A stretch of DNA of 64,000 nt from Vicugna vicugna. Lineage: Eukaryota. The notes under the pieces were generated by a model. It was not told where the DNA came from. It saw only the letters and a program-made list of their open reading frames with translations, and did no database searches. The DNA lies in the NCBI GenBank assembly GCA_013265495.1, contig MU058384.1, positions 3,013,010 to 3,077,009 of the forward strand, in the 5' to 3' direction. Of the stretch, positions 23,963-38,040 are shown piece by piece; position 1 is the stretch's first letter, and each line of letters starts with the position of its first letter. The translations under genes and the position numbers were made by a program.

Positions 23963-25759
23963 AGCCAGCCTTGCTCACTAGGTGGAAATTGAATGTCAGG
24001 GAGTGTACCTAACTTATCTTTCTATCCCAGTACCTAGCACAGTAGCACAGTGCCAGATCCATGTATATTCATGCTTATTGGACTTTTTAAAAAAAGGAAT
24101 AGCTTGCATTCATTTTACTATCTTATAAAAAATGTGCTTGTGCATATGTTCAGTTAATTCATTCCTTGACCTAGGTGTTCATTCATCAGACACTCTTTGG
24201 GGAGCCTATTCCATATTGCTGTGCTTGACCCTGATGATGCAGAGAGAAAAGACAGAATGCCTCCTCTCTAGAAGCTATTTAATGGTGGGTGGGGGTGAAT
24301 GACTGATGTATAAATGGAGGGTAAAATTAGACACCAGGAACCAGTGTATTCAGGTAAGAGAGCATGAAAGCCTAACTTAAGGCAGGGGCAATTGGGAGAA
24401 AGAGAAAGAGATGAATTCAAGAGAGATTTAGGGGGAGGAAATAGTAGGAGGTGAGAAACAAGGGAGTGAGGCATCTCCTGTGACTCCCAGGTTTCTGGCT
24501 GAGGTGTATGGGAACATGGGGAGGAGCAGGCTTTCTCATCAGCTTATCTGGTCCCAACATTCCTCAGCATCATAAGGCACATCCCCTCCACTGTAGGGGA
24601 TGCAGACACGGAGGCTGAGAGCAGCCCCAAGGCTCATACATGAGCTGGCAGAGCTAGTGTTAGGATCTGAGACCCACACTGTTTTGGCTACCATGTCTCC
24701 TCTCTGCCCCTTGCCATAATTCTTGGGTGATGAGGAGTGAGGAGGAGACGTCAGAGCATCCCTGTTATTTCTTTGTGATGCAGTTTCACTCTCCTGAGCG
24801 CTCAGCCCACCATGCTCTCTGAATGAGCAGCTGCCCCTCAAAAACGACCCTGTAGTCATTTGCATCCTTTCCCACTAACTACAGAATCTAGCATATTAGC
24901 CCTGCTGTCAGTCGCCTGTCCTGGATGGAAAAGAGGTGGTGCATTTGTTTGGAAATGGGGAGGGAGAATGTGAATTGGTAAAAGTGAAAGAACATTTTTT
25001 CCCAAAAGCCTGAGGTAATCCTAATTTTTTCCTCAGAAATGCCTAAGTCTTGCATGGGAATCAGTGTTTCCTTCCCAGTAAGTGACAGCCCTTGACTGTG
25101 TTGCCCTTTACAGCCTGTCTGCTCATCCCATCCCCTTGCTGCTTTCTGTGCGGGCCACGGCCTCCAACCCCGAGAGTCATGGAGCAAGAATCATTTAGGC
25201 AGTCTGAGCCCTCTTCCAGCCAGGCAAGCGTCCAGCGGCTGGTTAGCAGAGGGCTGCTTTCTCTCGCTCTGAGTTAGGCCTGGAACCCGGAACACAAAAC
25301 CAGCTCTGGCTCCCTCATCACTTCCCAAGCCCCTCTTTGCCCTCCTCTCTGCTTTGTTTGGTCTTGACTCTCTTAACATGGCCCCTAAGCTGAAGTGACT
25401 CCCCAGACTGCTAACCTCTCTTTGAGGGTACCTGTTCACAGCTGGACCTTTCCCTTGGTCCCAGTTTCTGAATTCTTATCTCAGCCCTCTAAGTACACTT
25501 ACTTTTCTAGCTCTTGTCCCTATTCCTTGCCCTGCAGGACTGCCCTCACGTTAACCACTTACAATAATGGTTACCAGGTAATTCAAGTGGAATTTAGGAC
25601 TCTGCTAGACACGGAGTAAGTGCCCAACAAATGGCAGGTCTTTTTTTTTTTTTTTTTTAAACTACCAGCCTTGCCAATCCTGAAGTGCCAGGAGGTTTAC
25701 CTCACTCACCTTTGGGGAGATCCTCAAGTTGTGGTTTGAGGTGGCCTCCGCCATCGCAG

Positions 25760-25980
25760 AGTGAGTCAGGTGTGAGGGGCTGAATCCGAGGTCATCTGGG
25801 CCCTGATCCAACAACAACTCATTCCAGTGGGAGGGGAGTCCTAATGCCCGGCCACCACCCTCACCCCCACCCCAGCTGCGCTCAGCTGGGATTTGACAGT
25901 CATGACTTCCTGAATCTCAAGGGATGGCTATCAGGTCCTTGCCAGATGGCTAGGCAGCTGAATGCTATTTTTACATAAAA
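25760..25980. promoter_or_regulatory. Candidate enhancer (AP-1, E-boxes, MEIS, MEF2-like)
   Basis: TGAGTCA 25762; CAGCTG 25873, 25883, 25955; TGACAG 25894; CTATTTTTAC 25965. Confidence 0.35.
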
Positions 25981-26986
25981 TTGCTGTAAACCCTGTGACC
26001 ATTAGAACAACTATTTTCATGGAGACCGGCTCAGCCTTGCTAACTAAGCAAATTTGGGGCACCTCCAATCCCTCACCCAGTTGATGGAGTTGGTGCTCTC
26101 CAACTGTCCTACATTATTTTGAGTACAGATTCATGGTTTACTCTTCATGGGTGGTTTCTAGACAATTGTCATCCTGAGAACTGGAGCAGGGCAGAGGAAA
26201 TATCAGCAATCATCCCTTTGCTGTCAGATTGCTTTTGATGAACTAACATTTCTGGCCAGAAAATAGTTTGGAGTGGTTAAAACTGTCCTGAGAGCCTACA
26301 TTCTTTTGCAATGTAAAACTGATGATATATAATTGAACTTCAGTATCCTACTGCTTAATCCTTTACTTAGATCTGAAGCTTTCAATTATTGATTTCACCC
26401 TGGGTTTCCAGTTTGGGCAATGGAGAGTCCTACCCTGCACTTGAGATTTCCAATGTGGTCCTTGGTGGAAGGTCACGGTGATGTCTTACTGCCTAGGCTG
26501 AGCCCTGCTCCGTTGGCTTCCACGGCTCTGCTCGTCCTGGGGTGTTTGTTTGCCATCTGCTGGGCTGTGTGTTCCATGAGGTCAGAGCCAGAGGCTGCCA
26601 TGTCTACCGCTCTGTCCCCAGTCCTGACTCAGGGCCTGGCACACAGAAATGTAGAATAAATATTTATCAAGTGAATGCCTTGAGACCGATCATCGGCTGC
26701 GTGATGGCGTTCTTAGTTCTTTTCTACAACAAATGATTCTCAAAGGTCAGGAATGAGGGGATGAAAACAGGACTGAATCAGATTAAATTGAGACACAACA
26801 TACTCCCCATGGTGCCTGGACATCTGTGGTCAGGGTTCTGCTCAAATCTTGGGTCCTCTGTAGAGCATCATTCTCACTGCTCTTAAAAGAAAACTGGAAG
26901 ACCCTGTGCAGTGACAAGGTAGAGTTGAAAAAAAAAATCAAGTGGAGAGAGGAGTTCAGAAGGAAAAGTCTAGCTGTCCTCTTCCC

Positions 26987-27129
26987 AGAGGGGATGAGTG
27001 GTAGAGTGTATGCCTAGAATGCGCAAGGTCCCGGGTTCAATCCCCAGTACTGCCACTAAAAACTAAATAAACCTAATTACCTACCCCCTAAGAAAAGAAA
27101 TGTTTTTAAAATAAATAAAAAATTAAATA
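26987..27129 (+). mobile_element. tRNA-derived SINE (Vic-1 type)
   Basis: gtggtagagtg...gggttcaatccccagtac, A-rich tail; 10-bp TSD tcctcttccc at 26977-26986 and 27130-27139. Confidence 0.9.
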
Positions 27130-27169
27130 TCCTCTTCCCTATGGAAATAAAGATTATAGTGAAAATAAT

Positions 27170-27395
27170 AGGACTAAATTGTATTAAGTGCTTTCTGTGT
27201 GTCAGGCACTGTCTTCTATATTTATTATTTCATTAATCCTCACAACAAGCCTAGGAGGCAGACATTATTATTATTGGGACCACTTGTGGCAGAAAAGACA
27301 GGAACTTAGAAGAACTGAAATAACTTGCCTAAGCTGATAGGTGGAGAAGCTGAAATTCCATCCCTGGTATGTCTAAGTCCAGAGCTTAACAACCA
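27170..27395 (-). mobile_element. MIR SINE
   Basis: attaagtgctttctgtgtgtcaggcactg...ttaatcctcacaacaagcct...aataacttgcctaag. Confidence 0.8.
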
Positions 27396-27617
27396 GTTCT
27401 GCAGTTGTGTCTTTTGTCCTTTGCTGGTTTGGATGTTTAAGGACAAGGTCCAAGTCTCATTCATCTTTGTTTAACTCACTAACCTGGCCCAAGGTCATGC
27501 ATGCCATGTGGAGACAGTAAATATTTGTTGATTTGAAAGTAGAGATAGTACAAAAGGCACTGGGCTAGGGTTACCCTACAAGTGTTATCAGAATTATATA
27601 AACAATCTAATAAGACA

Positions 27618-27668
27618 ATATAAAACATATAAAGCACATATAAAGCATATAAAGCATATAAAGCATAA
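27618..27668. repeat. (AAAGCATAT)n short tandem repeat
   Basis: About 5 imperfect 9-mers. Confidence 0.8.
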
Positions 27669-28109
27669 AAAATAGCCTGATCTCATGCTTTAAAATCCTT
27701 CAAGATCCATCACTGACTTTTAAATCCAAACTCTTTAGCTTGGATCCTGTGTTCATTCTCCGTATCACTCCTATAATAACCTGTCCAGCTGGTAAGCCTT
27801 TTTATATTGTTTTGCTCAAACGTTCTATGCCAGTGGTCTTCTCACTGTCTTCAAAACACACTTGGCATTTTCTGAAGCCAATGAAGCTCAATTAAGCTCG
27901 ATTTAAGCTCAATGCCTTTGGGGAACTGCCCATGGTGAGCCATGGCTGGGAGATGGGTCACGAGTTAGGGAATGGGACGGCAGAATGTGAGGGAGAAGAG
28001 CCATGTTGTCAACATGGTTAATTCTTGGCTTTCATCCTTGTCAACAGAATCCCCACCGAGTTTGGGAGAAATGCTGGTCCCAGTTCCAAAGTGAATAATA
28101 ATGTCTAAG

Positions 28110-28323
28110 CCAGGAGTGAGCAAACTTGTTTCGTAAAGGGCTGGGTGAAGGTCAACGTTTGAGGCATGTGGTCTTTGTCACAACTTTGCCTTTCTAGCAT
28201 AAAAGCAGCCACAGGTAATACATTTTTTAAAAATGAGCAAGGCTATGTTCCAATAAAACTTTATTTACAAAAACGGTCAGTGGGCTAGATTTGACCTGTG
28301 GGTCATAATTTGCCAATTCCTGG
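28110..28323. mobile_element. MER58A-like (hAT-Charlie)
   Basis: caggagtgagcaaactt...ggctatgttccaataaaactttatttacaaaaac...tttgccaattcctg. Confidence 0.85.
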
Positions 28324-28424
28324 TGTGCCAAGCCCAGAACACTGAATTCGTTGATCCAAACCAAGTCTGGAACTATTTTCAGATTTCTTATTTTATGAAG
28401 AAGGGAAAATTCCACTTTTTAAAA

Positions 28425-28592
28425 GTCTTGATATTTAAATTGTAGGCCATAAACCAACAGAATCAACATCACCTAGGAGTTTGTTAAAAATGCAGAATCT
28501 CAGGTCTCATCCCAGACTTCTTATATCAGACTGTGCATTTTAATAAGAAGCCCCAGTGATTGGAAGGTACATTAGAAGTTGAGAAGCACTGG
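28425..28592. mobile_element. MER5-family element
   Basis: catcacctaggagtttgttaaaaatgcagaatctcagg...gttgagaagcactg. Confidence 0.8.
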
Positions 28593-31423
28593 TTGAAGCT
28601 ACTGTTGATTGAAGGTTCTATTACTTGCAGCTGAAGCATCCCTAACTTATACTGACAGGTAGGGACCAAGTCCGGAAAAATCCTGAATGCTCTGATAAGG
28701 ACATAGGTTTTATTCTGAAGGACATTAAGGTGTTTTAAGCAGGGAGTGAAATGATAAGTTTTTTTTTTGACATATATCCTATCTCTTTCAGGAAACAGTA
28801 AGTTCTTAGAAATCAGAGTGTCACACACTTAACTTGACCATAGAATGAGTGGCTTCTAACAGTTTATTTTTAATATATCTGGGCTTAGTATAAATTATTT
28901 GTCACATGAAATTCTAGTTGAAGGTGCCTGCCAGTGAAAACAGAACAGAGGGGTGAGAGGTTGGCCTTTGATATATCGGAGCTTTGAGAAATACCCCTAT
29001 TATTCGTTCTTCTCTCAAAGACCAGCCAGGTAGACCCTTCACCCCATGACAGCACTGGTTGGAATTCAAAAGCAGCTTCCTCTGTAAAGAACTACTGTCC
29101 CAGGCTCCAGGAAGAGCCCTTACTTCTGGCATGTTCTGGAAGCTTCCAAGTGCTGTTTAGGCTATAACTCTAGCATCACAATTTAGAACATGAGTCTGTA
29201 TCCACACAAATTATAAATAAATTATTATCTTCATATTATCAATGAGGAAACTGAGGCACGAGCATTGGTGTACCTAGCTTCAGATCTCACAGCTGGAAAT
29301 TTGATGTTGGTGGGAGGGGACTGGACTTCAGACCCAGACGGTCAGGCTCCCAAGTCTATCCTCTGACCCAACAAGCAGCGTCTTCATAGACAGAGCTCCC
29401 ATATGTCAAAGGCTGACCTCTCACCCCATTGTTTTGCTTTCACCGGAAGCACCTTCAGCTAGAATTTTATGTGACAAATAGTTTATATTAAGCTCAGATG
29501 CATTAAAAATAATGTTAGAAACCACTCATTCTGTGTTCAAGTTCAATGTGTGACAATTTCTGTCTTTAAAGCCCTTTCCCCAAAGGAGCTAATGATTGCA
29601 TCTATCATTATTAACACTGGGGAAATACCTTTAAAATCAGATTGGGAGGAATTATTTTTTATTTTATTGGTAGTTAGTTCTAGTGAAAATTTTTCTCCAT
29701 CATTTCAGGGTCTACAGGAAAGATGGTTGAAGGAATACCTGTGATTATAATCTTATTCATCTGTCTAGTTTCCAGTAACTCTACTTCAAAGCCTATGACC
29801 ACAGCCAAACAATTCAAGTAAAGCATGAAACAATACTTCAGTGACTCTGGGAGCACAGACATCCAGGCAGAATTATTGAAGCTGAAAGGTTATAATTTGT
29901 CTTTGGATTATTCTGATCATCAATGTCTCAGTTCATGTAAGAATTTATATCTTATTTTCCCTTGGTTTTCATTCCTGGTTCTGCCATTTTCTGAATCAAT
30001 AAAACCTCTGAAAAGGCACAGATCATCTCTAATAAATGTTCTTCTCTAAGAGATTATACCTATGACGTCATGCCAAGCAAGCTGACACCAGAGGGCTGGC
30101 TTGTGTGTGCCTTAAGATTTTGTATCTGTTCCCAGAGAATTTTTTTCCTACTTCTAAAGCCAGGAGGCATTAACTATTTTAAATGGCAGTGAATTAACCA
30201 AGGTAAATTTGTACAGAAAAACTCACAGCCCTACTTTAAGTTTTTACCAGCAGAAATTTCTGTTTTTCAGTAAAAAGATTCCGTCTTCCAGGAGTTAGTC
30301 TGTTACCACTAATTTTGCTGTGCAAGGACTGTGGGAGTGCTGTACGCATATATTGATGGGCTGTCCAAAGCCTTTCACTCTTGACATCCTTTTTGGCCTT
30401 CTCTCCATTCCTTCTCTTGTCATGAGTCTTTTCTTCTAGGAACCCCCCCTTCTTCCATCTCGCAGTTGATCAAGCCAGGAATGCAGAGTATCCTACCATT
30501 AATGCAGTAAGCAATCCCTGCAAAATAGATCTCAGATTGAGTTCCTTTCTCTTTACCACTCTCCCCCAGTCCAAGCCATCATCATTTCTCCCTCCATGTG
30601 AATGTCAACCCCTGTAGACAGACACCTGGTGACACTACTTGGACCACTGCAGTGACCTTTTAAGCTCCTCCTTCCACTCCTGCCTGGTCATCCATTCTTC
30701 TTACAAAAATCCAAGTGGTATATTTCATTCCATTGTTTAAATCCTTCAAAAGCTTCCAGTTGACCTTACAGTAGAATCCAAACCCATGCTGGGTATGGAT
30801 TTTCCCCAGACTCATGGAGTCCCTGCACTATAGTCCAGCCAGACTGAGATTTCTCCAGTGAGTTAGATATTTATTTTCCATTTTGTAACCTTCTCCTCTC
30901 CTTTTGACTCTGCTGAAAAAGCCTTCCACCACCCACCCATCACTTGACTTTTAAAAACATTCTTTAGGTCTTAGTCCAAACATTACTTCTTCAAGAAAGC
31001 TTTCTAAACAAACACACTAAATTAGGTCCCTATGCCCCCACCCCTGTTCTCGTAGAATTCTTCCTTGCAGAATACCTTTGTGTTTATGTTTATATATTTA
31101 CCTCTTGCGTCTCAAGATATTATAACCTTCATGAGGTCAAGGACCATAACTTTTTGGTTGATCACTTAGCATAGTGTTGGGTTCATGGTAAGCCCTCAGT
31201 TATATTTGTCAGATAAGCTGATCAATGTAATCTGTAACACATGCACATCTTATGAAATACGAAATGGGTGTCTCTTTGCAAATCAAAAGAAAAAAGCTCA
31301 TGGGTTCTCAAAAATAAATAACACAATTTAGCAGCAAAATCTTATGGGCCAACCTACACATTAATACAGGATTTGTTTCTGTGAAATGAATCAATAGAAA
31401 TGGAAATATTAATATGTTTGAAA

Positions 31424-31652
31424 GGGCTACTAGGTGACTAACAGGTGGGATACACTGGACAAAGGGATGATTCATGTCTCAGGCAGGAGGGAGGGGGACA
31501 GCACAAGATTTCAGCACACTACTCAGGCAGAGCACGATTAAAAGCTTATGGATTGTTTATTTCTGGAATTTTCCATTTCATATTTTTGACCATGGTTGAC
31601 CAAGGGTAACAAACCAAGGAAAGAGAAATTGTGGAAAAGCAGGACTACTGTA
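31424..31652 (-). mobile_element. MER44 (Tigger7-derived) fragment
   Basis: ctggacaaagggatgattcatgtc...ttgtttatttctggaattttccattt...ggactactgta. Confidence 0.85.
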
Positions 31653-32149
31653 ATTCTATAAAGTTGTATTATTCACTTGAAGATAGGGTCAGAGTGCAAC
31701 AATTTTTCACTATGTATTAAGCAAGCATCTAATCTGAGTATTGCTAGAAACAGGAAGAAAATGTTTTCATTTTGTGCTTACTACTATGCAAACGAGTACG
31801 TGCAGAGATGGGATCTGCATCGCCCACTGCTTGTACCATGACAGTGGAAATGCTTGCCCCAAAACTCAGAACTCAGCCTGCCTCTTCCACTATGAGCTGG
31901 GAGGGGCCTGAAATCTCCCTCTGTTTTTCTACTAAGACTACTGAGAGATTTTATCCACAAACAAGTGCACTAGGGCATTGAAATAGTATGGTAGGATTGA
32001 GTTACAAGGTGGTTATCCAGATAATCCAAGATTAACTGACAATAACCTGGAGTTAAGGTGATGATTTAAAAAACAACTGTGACTTTTTGAAAATATATCC
32101 ACAGACCTCTAAGGGTCTGTGAGTCCTAATTTTATCTATTAAATACCTG

Positions 32150-32355
32150 CATCTTACTTAACATGTTAGCACTGTCCAAGCACTTTGCAACTCTTAGTTC
32201 ACGTAATCCTCAGAGAAATAACATGAGGTAGGTACCACTAGTATCTTCATTTTCAGACACACTGAGGGTAAGTAACTTGGCCAAGGTGCATGGCTCCCAG
32301 TGGTGGAGCTGGAATTGAAACCCTGGAAACCTGGCTCCCAAGTCCATGCCCATTA
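32150..32355 (-). mobile_element. MIR SINE
   Basis: cattttcagacacactgagggtaagtaacttggccaagg...ggagctggaattgaaaccc. Confidence 0.8.
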
Positions 32356-33204
32356 CTGCCAATCTGTGTTGAGAATAATTCACCATTTCGATGAGATGAC
32401 GACTCTGAAATTCAGTTCCTGGCTCCTGGCTATATTTGCGTAGCTAACAGGTGACAGGAGCCATGCAGCTGTAGATTTCCTTCCATGCAATGATAGCAGT
32501 AGACAAAACAAAATAGCACAAGAGACAACGTGGATCCCGCATTATTCAGTATGTAACTGACTGTGTAACTGAAGCTGTCAGTACCACACACTGACACTGA
32601 CAACAGTCACACAGGCTGCTGCACTGGAGCCAGAAACGCCCTGACATCATTTTACATAATTTAGTTCTTCCTCTCATGATCTCACCCTCTGCTACACAAA
32701 CATGTCCCAAATACCTATGGGAACTTTCTCAAAGCACACCTGGCAAGATAACAAGTTTCTCCACCTCTAATTAACGCTCACTTAGTTTTCACGTGATTCT
32801 TCCCCTTACAGCATTCCTAGTCTGGGAGGGGAACCCATCGTGAAGGTCACAGGGGTCATCAATGCTCAGACCAGTGTCAAACTCTCCTTCTGCTCCATGT
32901 GGTCAAACTCCAACTGGATTTGTGGCTCAGCCTGCTCTGGGGGTGGCAGGAAGGCAAATATTCTGCAATTTCTTCCTCTTCATTCTGTTTTCTTTTCAAG
33001 TTCTTGCTGAGCTGAAGATGTCCATTTGATTTCCCTGAGTTCATATTTTCTAGTTTCACTAACTAAGCTTGATGCTTTTCCCTTTTTCAAGATAAGAAAT
33101 TAATGTCTGATCGATGCTGTTTACCTAACATCCAGGTCTAGACTTTAAATGTCCTGATTTCTAGGTCTTTCGATTACGTGACCTTGACTTGCATTTTACA
33201 AAGA

Positions 33205-33362
33205 GCTGGGGTCTTGCACCTCAATATGGTCCACAGAACAGCAGTATCAGCACCCCTTAGGAGTCTCATTGAGATGCAGGCTCTCAGGCCCCGTTTCAGA
33301 CTTGCTGAGTCAGAATTGGCGTTGCATGATTCTCATGCACTTTAAAAACTGAGAAGTGCTGA
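33205..33362. mobile_element. MER5-family element
   Basis: tggtccacagaacagcagtatcagcacc...atgcaggctctcaggcccc...tgagaagtgctg. Confidence 0.75.
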
Positions 33363-33902
33363 GTTAGGGACTATCAAATTGCCTTCATGATACACATAAT
33401 TTCAGCTGCTGACCTGGGATACCTGCTTGCAATTGGTGAGGGAAGCTCCACACAACAGTCGTTATCTGTCTCTACTTGCTCGTGTTCCCTGTCAGACAAG
33501 CAGTGCCCGTAGGCACAGTAGGAAAAATCTGTTCGGAAGACTGCCTCTCATCTGGAAAATAAAACCCTTGCTCCTCCTCAATCCTTGCGTAATACTCTGG
33601 GTCCATATGGAAGAGAAATTGAGTCAGGAGGTTTTGATGCTAAATTTTGAGTTAAAGTGAAATTGTTGAAACAGTTTACCTAACCTCTGGATGTGCTGAC
33701 TTTGTGGTTCTTTGAATTTTCCCTCTACTGGACTCATTACATCTCAGTCCTGTGCACGCGGCTATCTCTCTGGAATACCTTCCCATCTGCAGACCTGGTC
33801 ACCAGTAAAGGCCAAGCTGTTAGCTTTCCTCTGTGAAATCGTTGATCCCCTCCCACAGTCAGACTTGGGCGCTCTCTGCTCTGCTCGCATTGCTGTCTGT
33901 AC

Positions 33903-34330
33903 ACAGGTGTGCCCCGCTTTTTGACAATTTGCTTTATGCCACTTTACTTTTATGAAAGACCTACATTGGTACCTGTGTTTGCTAACTGAAAGAAATCTGA
34001 CGGGGATTTTTGCTTTTAAGAAAAAGGACGAAAGGCAAAAATAGCATTCAGCATTTGTTTTGCAGTGAGCCTTATAAAGGCAGCAGGCACCCCAAGCAGC
34101 GAGAGTGGCACCCCAAGCCCTTTCCCTGGGCACTACACCCCACATCTCAGCAGCAAGCTACCATATAGCTTCAAACCGTGTCTGTGAGCAGCTGTGATTT
34201 ATCCTGATTTATTTTGTGTATCTGTTAGTAAGACGTGTCTTAAGGGAATCGATTCTTCACATTCTGCCATTTGGGCTTACAAAAGTTTTCATAGGAATGC
34301 TCTGCTGTCGGATGGTGGGGAAGCCGGCAC
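33903..34330. mobile_element. TcMar-Tigger-like non-autonomous DNA transposon
   Basis: Degenerate TIRs caggtgtgccccgctttttgaca / tgtcggatggtggggaagccgg; subfamily uncertain. Confidence 0.55.
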
Positions 34331-34519
34331 CCCTCTCTGTGTAGCCTCCTCTGCATGCCTTCCCCGTAAACTCTTCTCAGGGGGCTGAGACACAGAAAGA
34401 GCATGAGTTTGGAAACATGACCTGACGAGCTGAACAACTCACTACCCATATAAGTTTGGGTAAGTTATTTAGGTTTCAGTTCTTTCCTCAGTAAAGTGGT
34501 ACTGACTTGTCCTCTCTAG

Positions 34520-35190
34520 TTTTCTCCTTGGGCAATTAATGGCGTCTCCATCTTCAGTTGCTAAGGTATAAATCTTTGGATTCATCACTGACTCCCTCTT
34601 TCTCACTCCCCACATCCAAACTGATAACAAATCCGGGTGGCTCTACATCCAAAACATATCTAGAATCTCATCACCTTTCACCACCTCTGCTGCTACCATC
34701 TTGGCCCAAGCCAACATCACCTTTAGCCTGGATCATTGCTTGTCCCCCAGCTGGCCTCCATGCTCTGTCCCCTGCTCCTTTCCAGTGAACAACAGTCAGA
34801 CTGATCATATTAAAATGTAAATTCAACCACTCTCCTGTCCAAAACCTTCCAATGGCAATCATTTTAGAGTAAAATCTGAAGATTTCCCAAGGACTGACGG
34901 GGCCAATATGGACGGTCCCTGAGCTACGTCTCATTTAATCTCTCACAGACCTCCTTGCTGCTCCTAGAGCTTGCCAGAAAAGCTCACAGCTAGGGCTCTT
35001 CGCAAGGATGGTTCCCTTGTCTAGACGGATCTTCCTGAAGACATCTGCGTGGCTTGTTCCCTTGACTCCTTCAAGTCTTTGCTCCAACGCTATCTTCTAT
35101 AATCAAACCTTTCCTGACCACTCCATTTGAAATACTCCCCATCTCCGTTCTGTGCTTTATTTTTTGATGCTGTTGCACTTTTCATCTTTG
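34520..35190 (+). mobile_element. L2a 3' region
   Basis: tgactccctctttctcactccccacatccaa...ccaagccaacatcacc...cttccaatggc. Confidence 0.85.
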
Positions 35191-36515
35191 TCACGTGGGA
35201 AATTATTTCAGTGCTATGACAGCCTCTAAGCCCACAACCAGGCATGCTCTCTCAGAAAGGCCCACAAATTGAATCAAGATGATTGAATCACACGGTTTAT
35301 TAAATCAATTACAACTCTCTCTGGGAAAATAATGGGGGTGAGTTAACATGCTTAACATAGTGAGCAAATGGGTGAAAGAACTAAAGTACCTTGGTCCAAG
35401 GTTCAACAATGTTCAGATGTCTTTCTCCCATCAACCTTCCCTGATTGTTACCAACATCAGAGGTGAACTTGATCACGAGGTCCCAGAGGACAGAGCAGGT
35501 GTCTGGAGCCAGCATGTGGTTATGGCTGTTGCTTGCCAACTAGCCTGCTGAGAAGCTAGGATTTTTTTGTGTGTTTTGAGTGCAAAGGTAACTTGGGGCC
35601 AGAAGTAATTTCCCAAATGGGAAGCCAAATTAAGAACTCATGGATATGGAGTGTCTCCGTATATTTTAATGTTGTGAATATCCGGCATCCTGGCCTGCCA
35701 ACTCTCCCTATCTGTGTTCACGCACATATGCTCTTCTTTAACCTTCTAACAAGTCTCACGTGTTACTAACTGACTTGCTCATCCATCCCAATTGTTTCCT
35801 TCCGGAGCAGATGGAGTAGGATCAATAATACTGCAAGTGCATCTTACAGCCTTCTAACATGCCACACGCTTTACTCACTTGCTTTGTTTATTGCCTGTCT
35901 CACCCAACCAGAATAGAGATGCCATAAACCCAAGAATTTTCATCTCTTTTCTTCATGGATGTATCTCAGCACCTAGATGCGTGCTTAACACAAAGTTCAT
36001 ACTTAACAAATAATTACCAAAAAAATGAATGAAATTCTGAAGACCCTGAGGATTAAATCAAATAATGAATGAATGGCGCTAGGACAGGGGGACCGTGACC
36101 TGGTACAGGAAAGGAAAAAGAAAGGGAAAGGCAAATCCTGCAGCCCCTGTCCTGCCAGAGGCCAGCGCTCCCCAGGCCTGAGGGCGTGGGTGTGACTAGC
36201 ATGCTCATTCTGAAACTGTGGAGATCACCTCTTCTGGAAATGGTCACATTTGTTCTCTATGTTCCCAAAGTAGCTTTTCCTTTGCCCACTTTACTCACAG
36301 TCAGGCTAGTTTTAATCATGTACTCTTGAAATATTTGTTCAATGAATGAATATCCTGTCATCATTGTACTGAGGCTTCAAAGCCACTGTGAGGATTGACA
36401 CTTAAAGTGACTTCAGATCCTTTCCCCCGATAAGGCTGTGTATCATTCAACCCGAAGTATAACTAGGGCAGAGGAGACAACCTCAAGGACCAGGGGCATA
36501 CCCCGGACTTAGGCC

Positions 36516-36893
36516 TTATATTAGGATGTCAGCTGCTATAACAAAATACCATGGACTGAGTGGCTTAAACAACAGAAATGTATTTGTCACAGTTCTGGAG
36601 CCTAGATGTCCAAGATCGGGGCTGGCTGATAGGGCTCCTGGTGAGGGCTCCCCTCCTGTAGGCAGCCGCCTTCTTGCCGTGTGCTTACACGCCCTTTCCT
36701 GGGTGTGTGCGTAAGGAGACCTCTCTCTCTTTCTCTTCTTATAAGGCCACCGGTCCTATCAAATTAGGGTGTCACCCTTACGATCTCCCTTAACCTTAAT
36801 TACCTCCTAGAGGTTCCATCTCCAAATACAGTCACACTGGAGGTCAGGGCTTCAACATATAAAATTGTTGGGAAATAAAACTCAGTCCACAGC
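36516..36893 (-). mobile_element. MLT1A-like solo LTR
   Basis: gctgctataacaaaataccatggactgagtggcttaaacaacagaaat...tccaaatacagtcacactggaggtcagggcttcaacat. Confidence 0.9.
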
Positions 36894-38006
36894 AGGCCTG
36901 GTTCCTGCCCAGCACAATCTCTTTTTCATTCTCCCTTTCAAACTGTTACTTATCAACTTAAAAAAAATCACATATTATGTACAAAATCCAAATTCAATCC
37001 TTTGCTATTCCTAGCCTGCTTCACTCATTTATTTCACCCGACCAGCTCTTTTAGACAGTAGGTTTTGAACCCTGGTCTGTCAGTTTAACCAGTGGCTAGA
37101 TTTTCCCAAACTGAAATGTAGGGCATATAACATCATGAGTACAAATGTGTTTATGGAAGAATAGGACAAAATGCTTGAAAACAGAGCTGTTTTGGAAAAT
37201 CATGGGTATACAGGTAAAGATGGTGGTAAGTGGCCTAATTCCCCATGTCTGTATACCTGTGGTTGCACAGACCTTTAATTTAGTTTGCTGTTTGATGCCA
37301 CTCACATTCACCCGAAGTTCTATTTGTTAAATTAGGTTTTTTTTTTGACAGGGAGGAGCTTATTGGTGTTCGACTATAGAAAATACACAGGTTGAAAGCA
37401 GACACAACCCTCCATGGCAGAGTTTTGTAAGTTTTCTTTGGCCATGACCCAGAGCAAGAAATTTTACCTTAGAACCCTGTACACAGGGCTATACTCTGAT
37501 GTATTGTATTATATCTTATTGGACCTGGAAGGAACTGCAGTGGTCAATTCGGTAGCCACCACTCAAATATTAGCATCAGTGTTAAAGCTCTCCGTGTTTG
37601 GACATAGTGATCCTAAAAAGGCAAATCACAAAAATCGCCCCTTCTGTCTTTTGACTCTTCTGAACATAACTAATTTCTGACTTATTTTGCTAACTGCCTG
37701 CTTGCCATGATCTCATTCTCCCTTGAAATGCTCACAGTATGGTTTTTGCTTTGTTTTGTTTTGTTTTTCATTTCCTGGCTGTTTTATCCAGGTCACAGTA
37801 CCACAATTGACTTGATGATTGTGGTTTGAGGTCACCAAGAGGCTTAATCTAGACAGGGAGAGGGGGAAGAAAAAAAGCAAGATTTTATTGTACACCTAAA
37901 TTGCTGTCTGATGACACTAAGAACTTCAGAGGAGCTGAAGAACCAAGCAGTGGACCTTCACGGGGAAAAGTAACTTTGAAGCCACTTATTGGTGAAGATG
38001 GATCAT

Positions 38007-38040
38007 GTGCTGCCATCTATCGGTGATGTTGTGAAACAGC
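38007..38040 (-). promoter_or_regulatory. CTCF motif with upstream (M2/U) module
   Basis: Reverse complement gctgtttc-acaacat-CACCGATAGATGGCAGCAC; core matches CCASYAGRKGGCRSY at 13/15. Confidence 0.55.
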
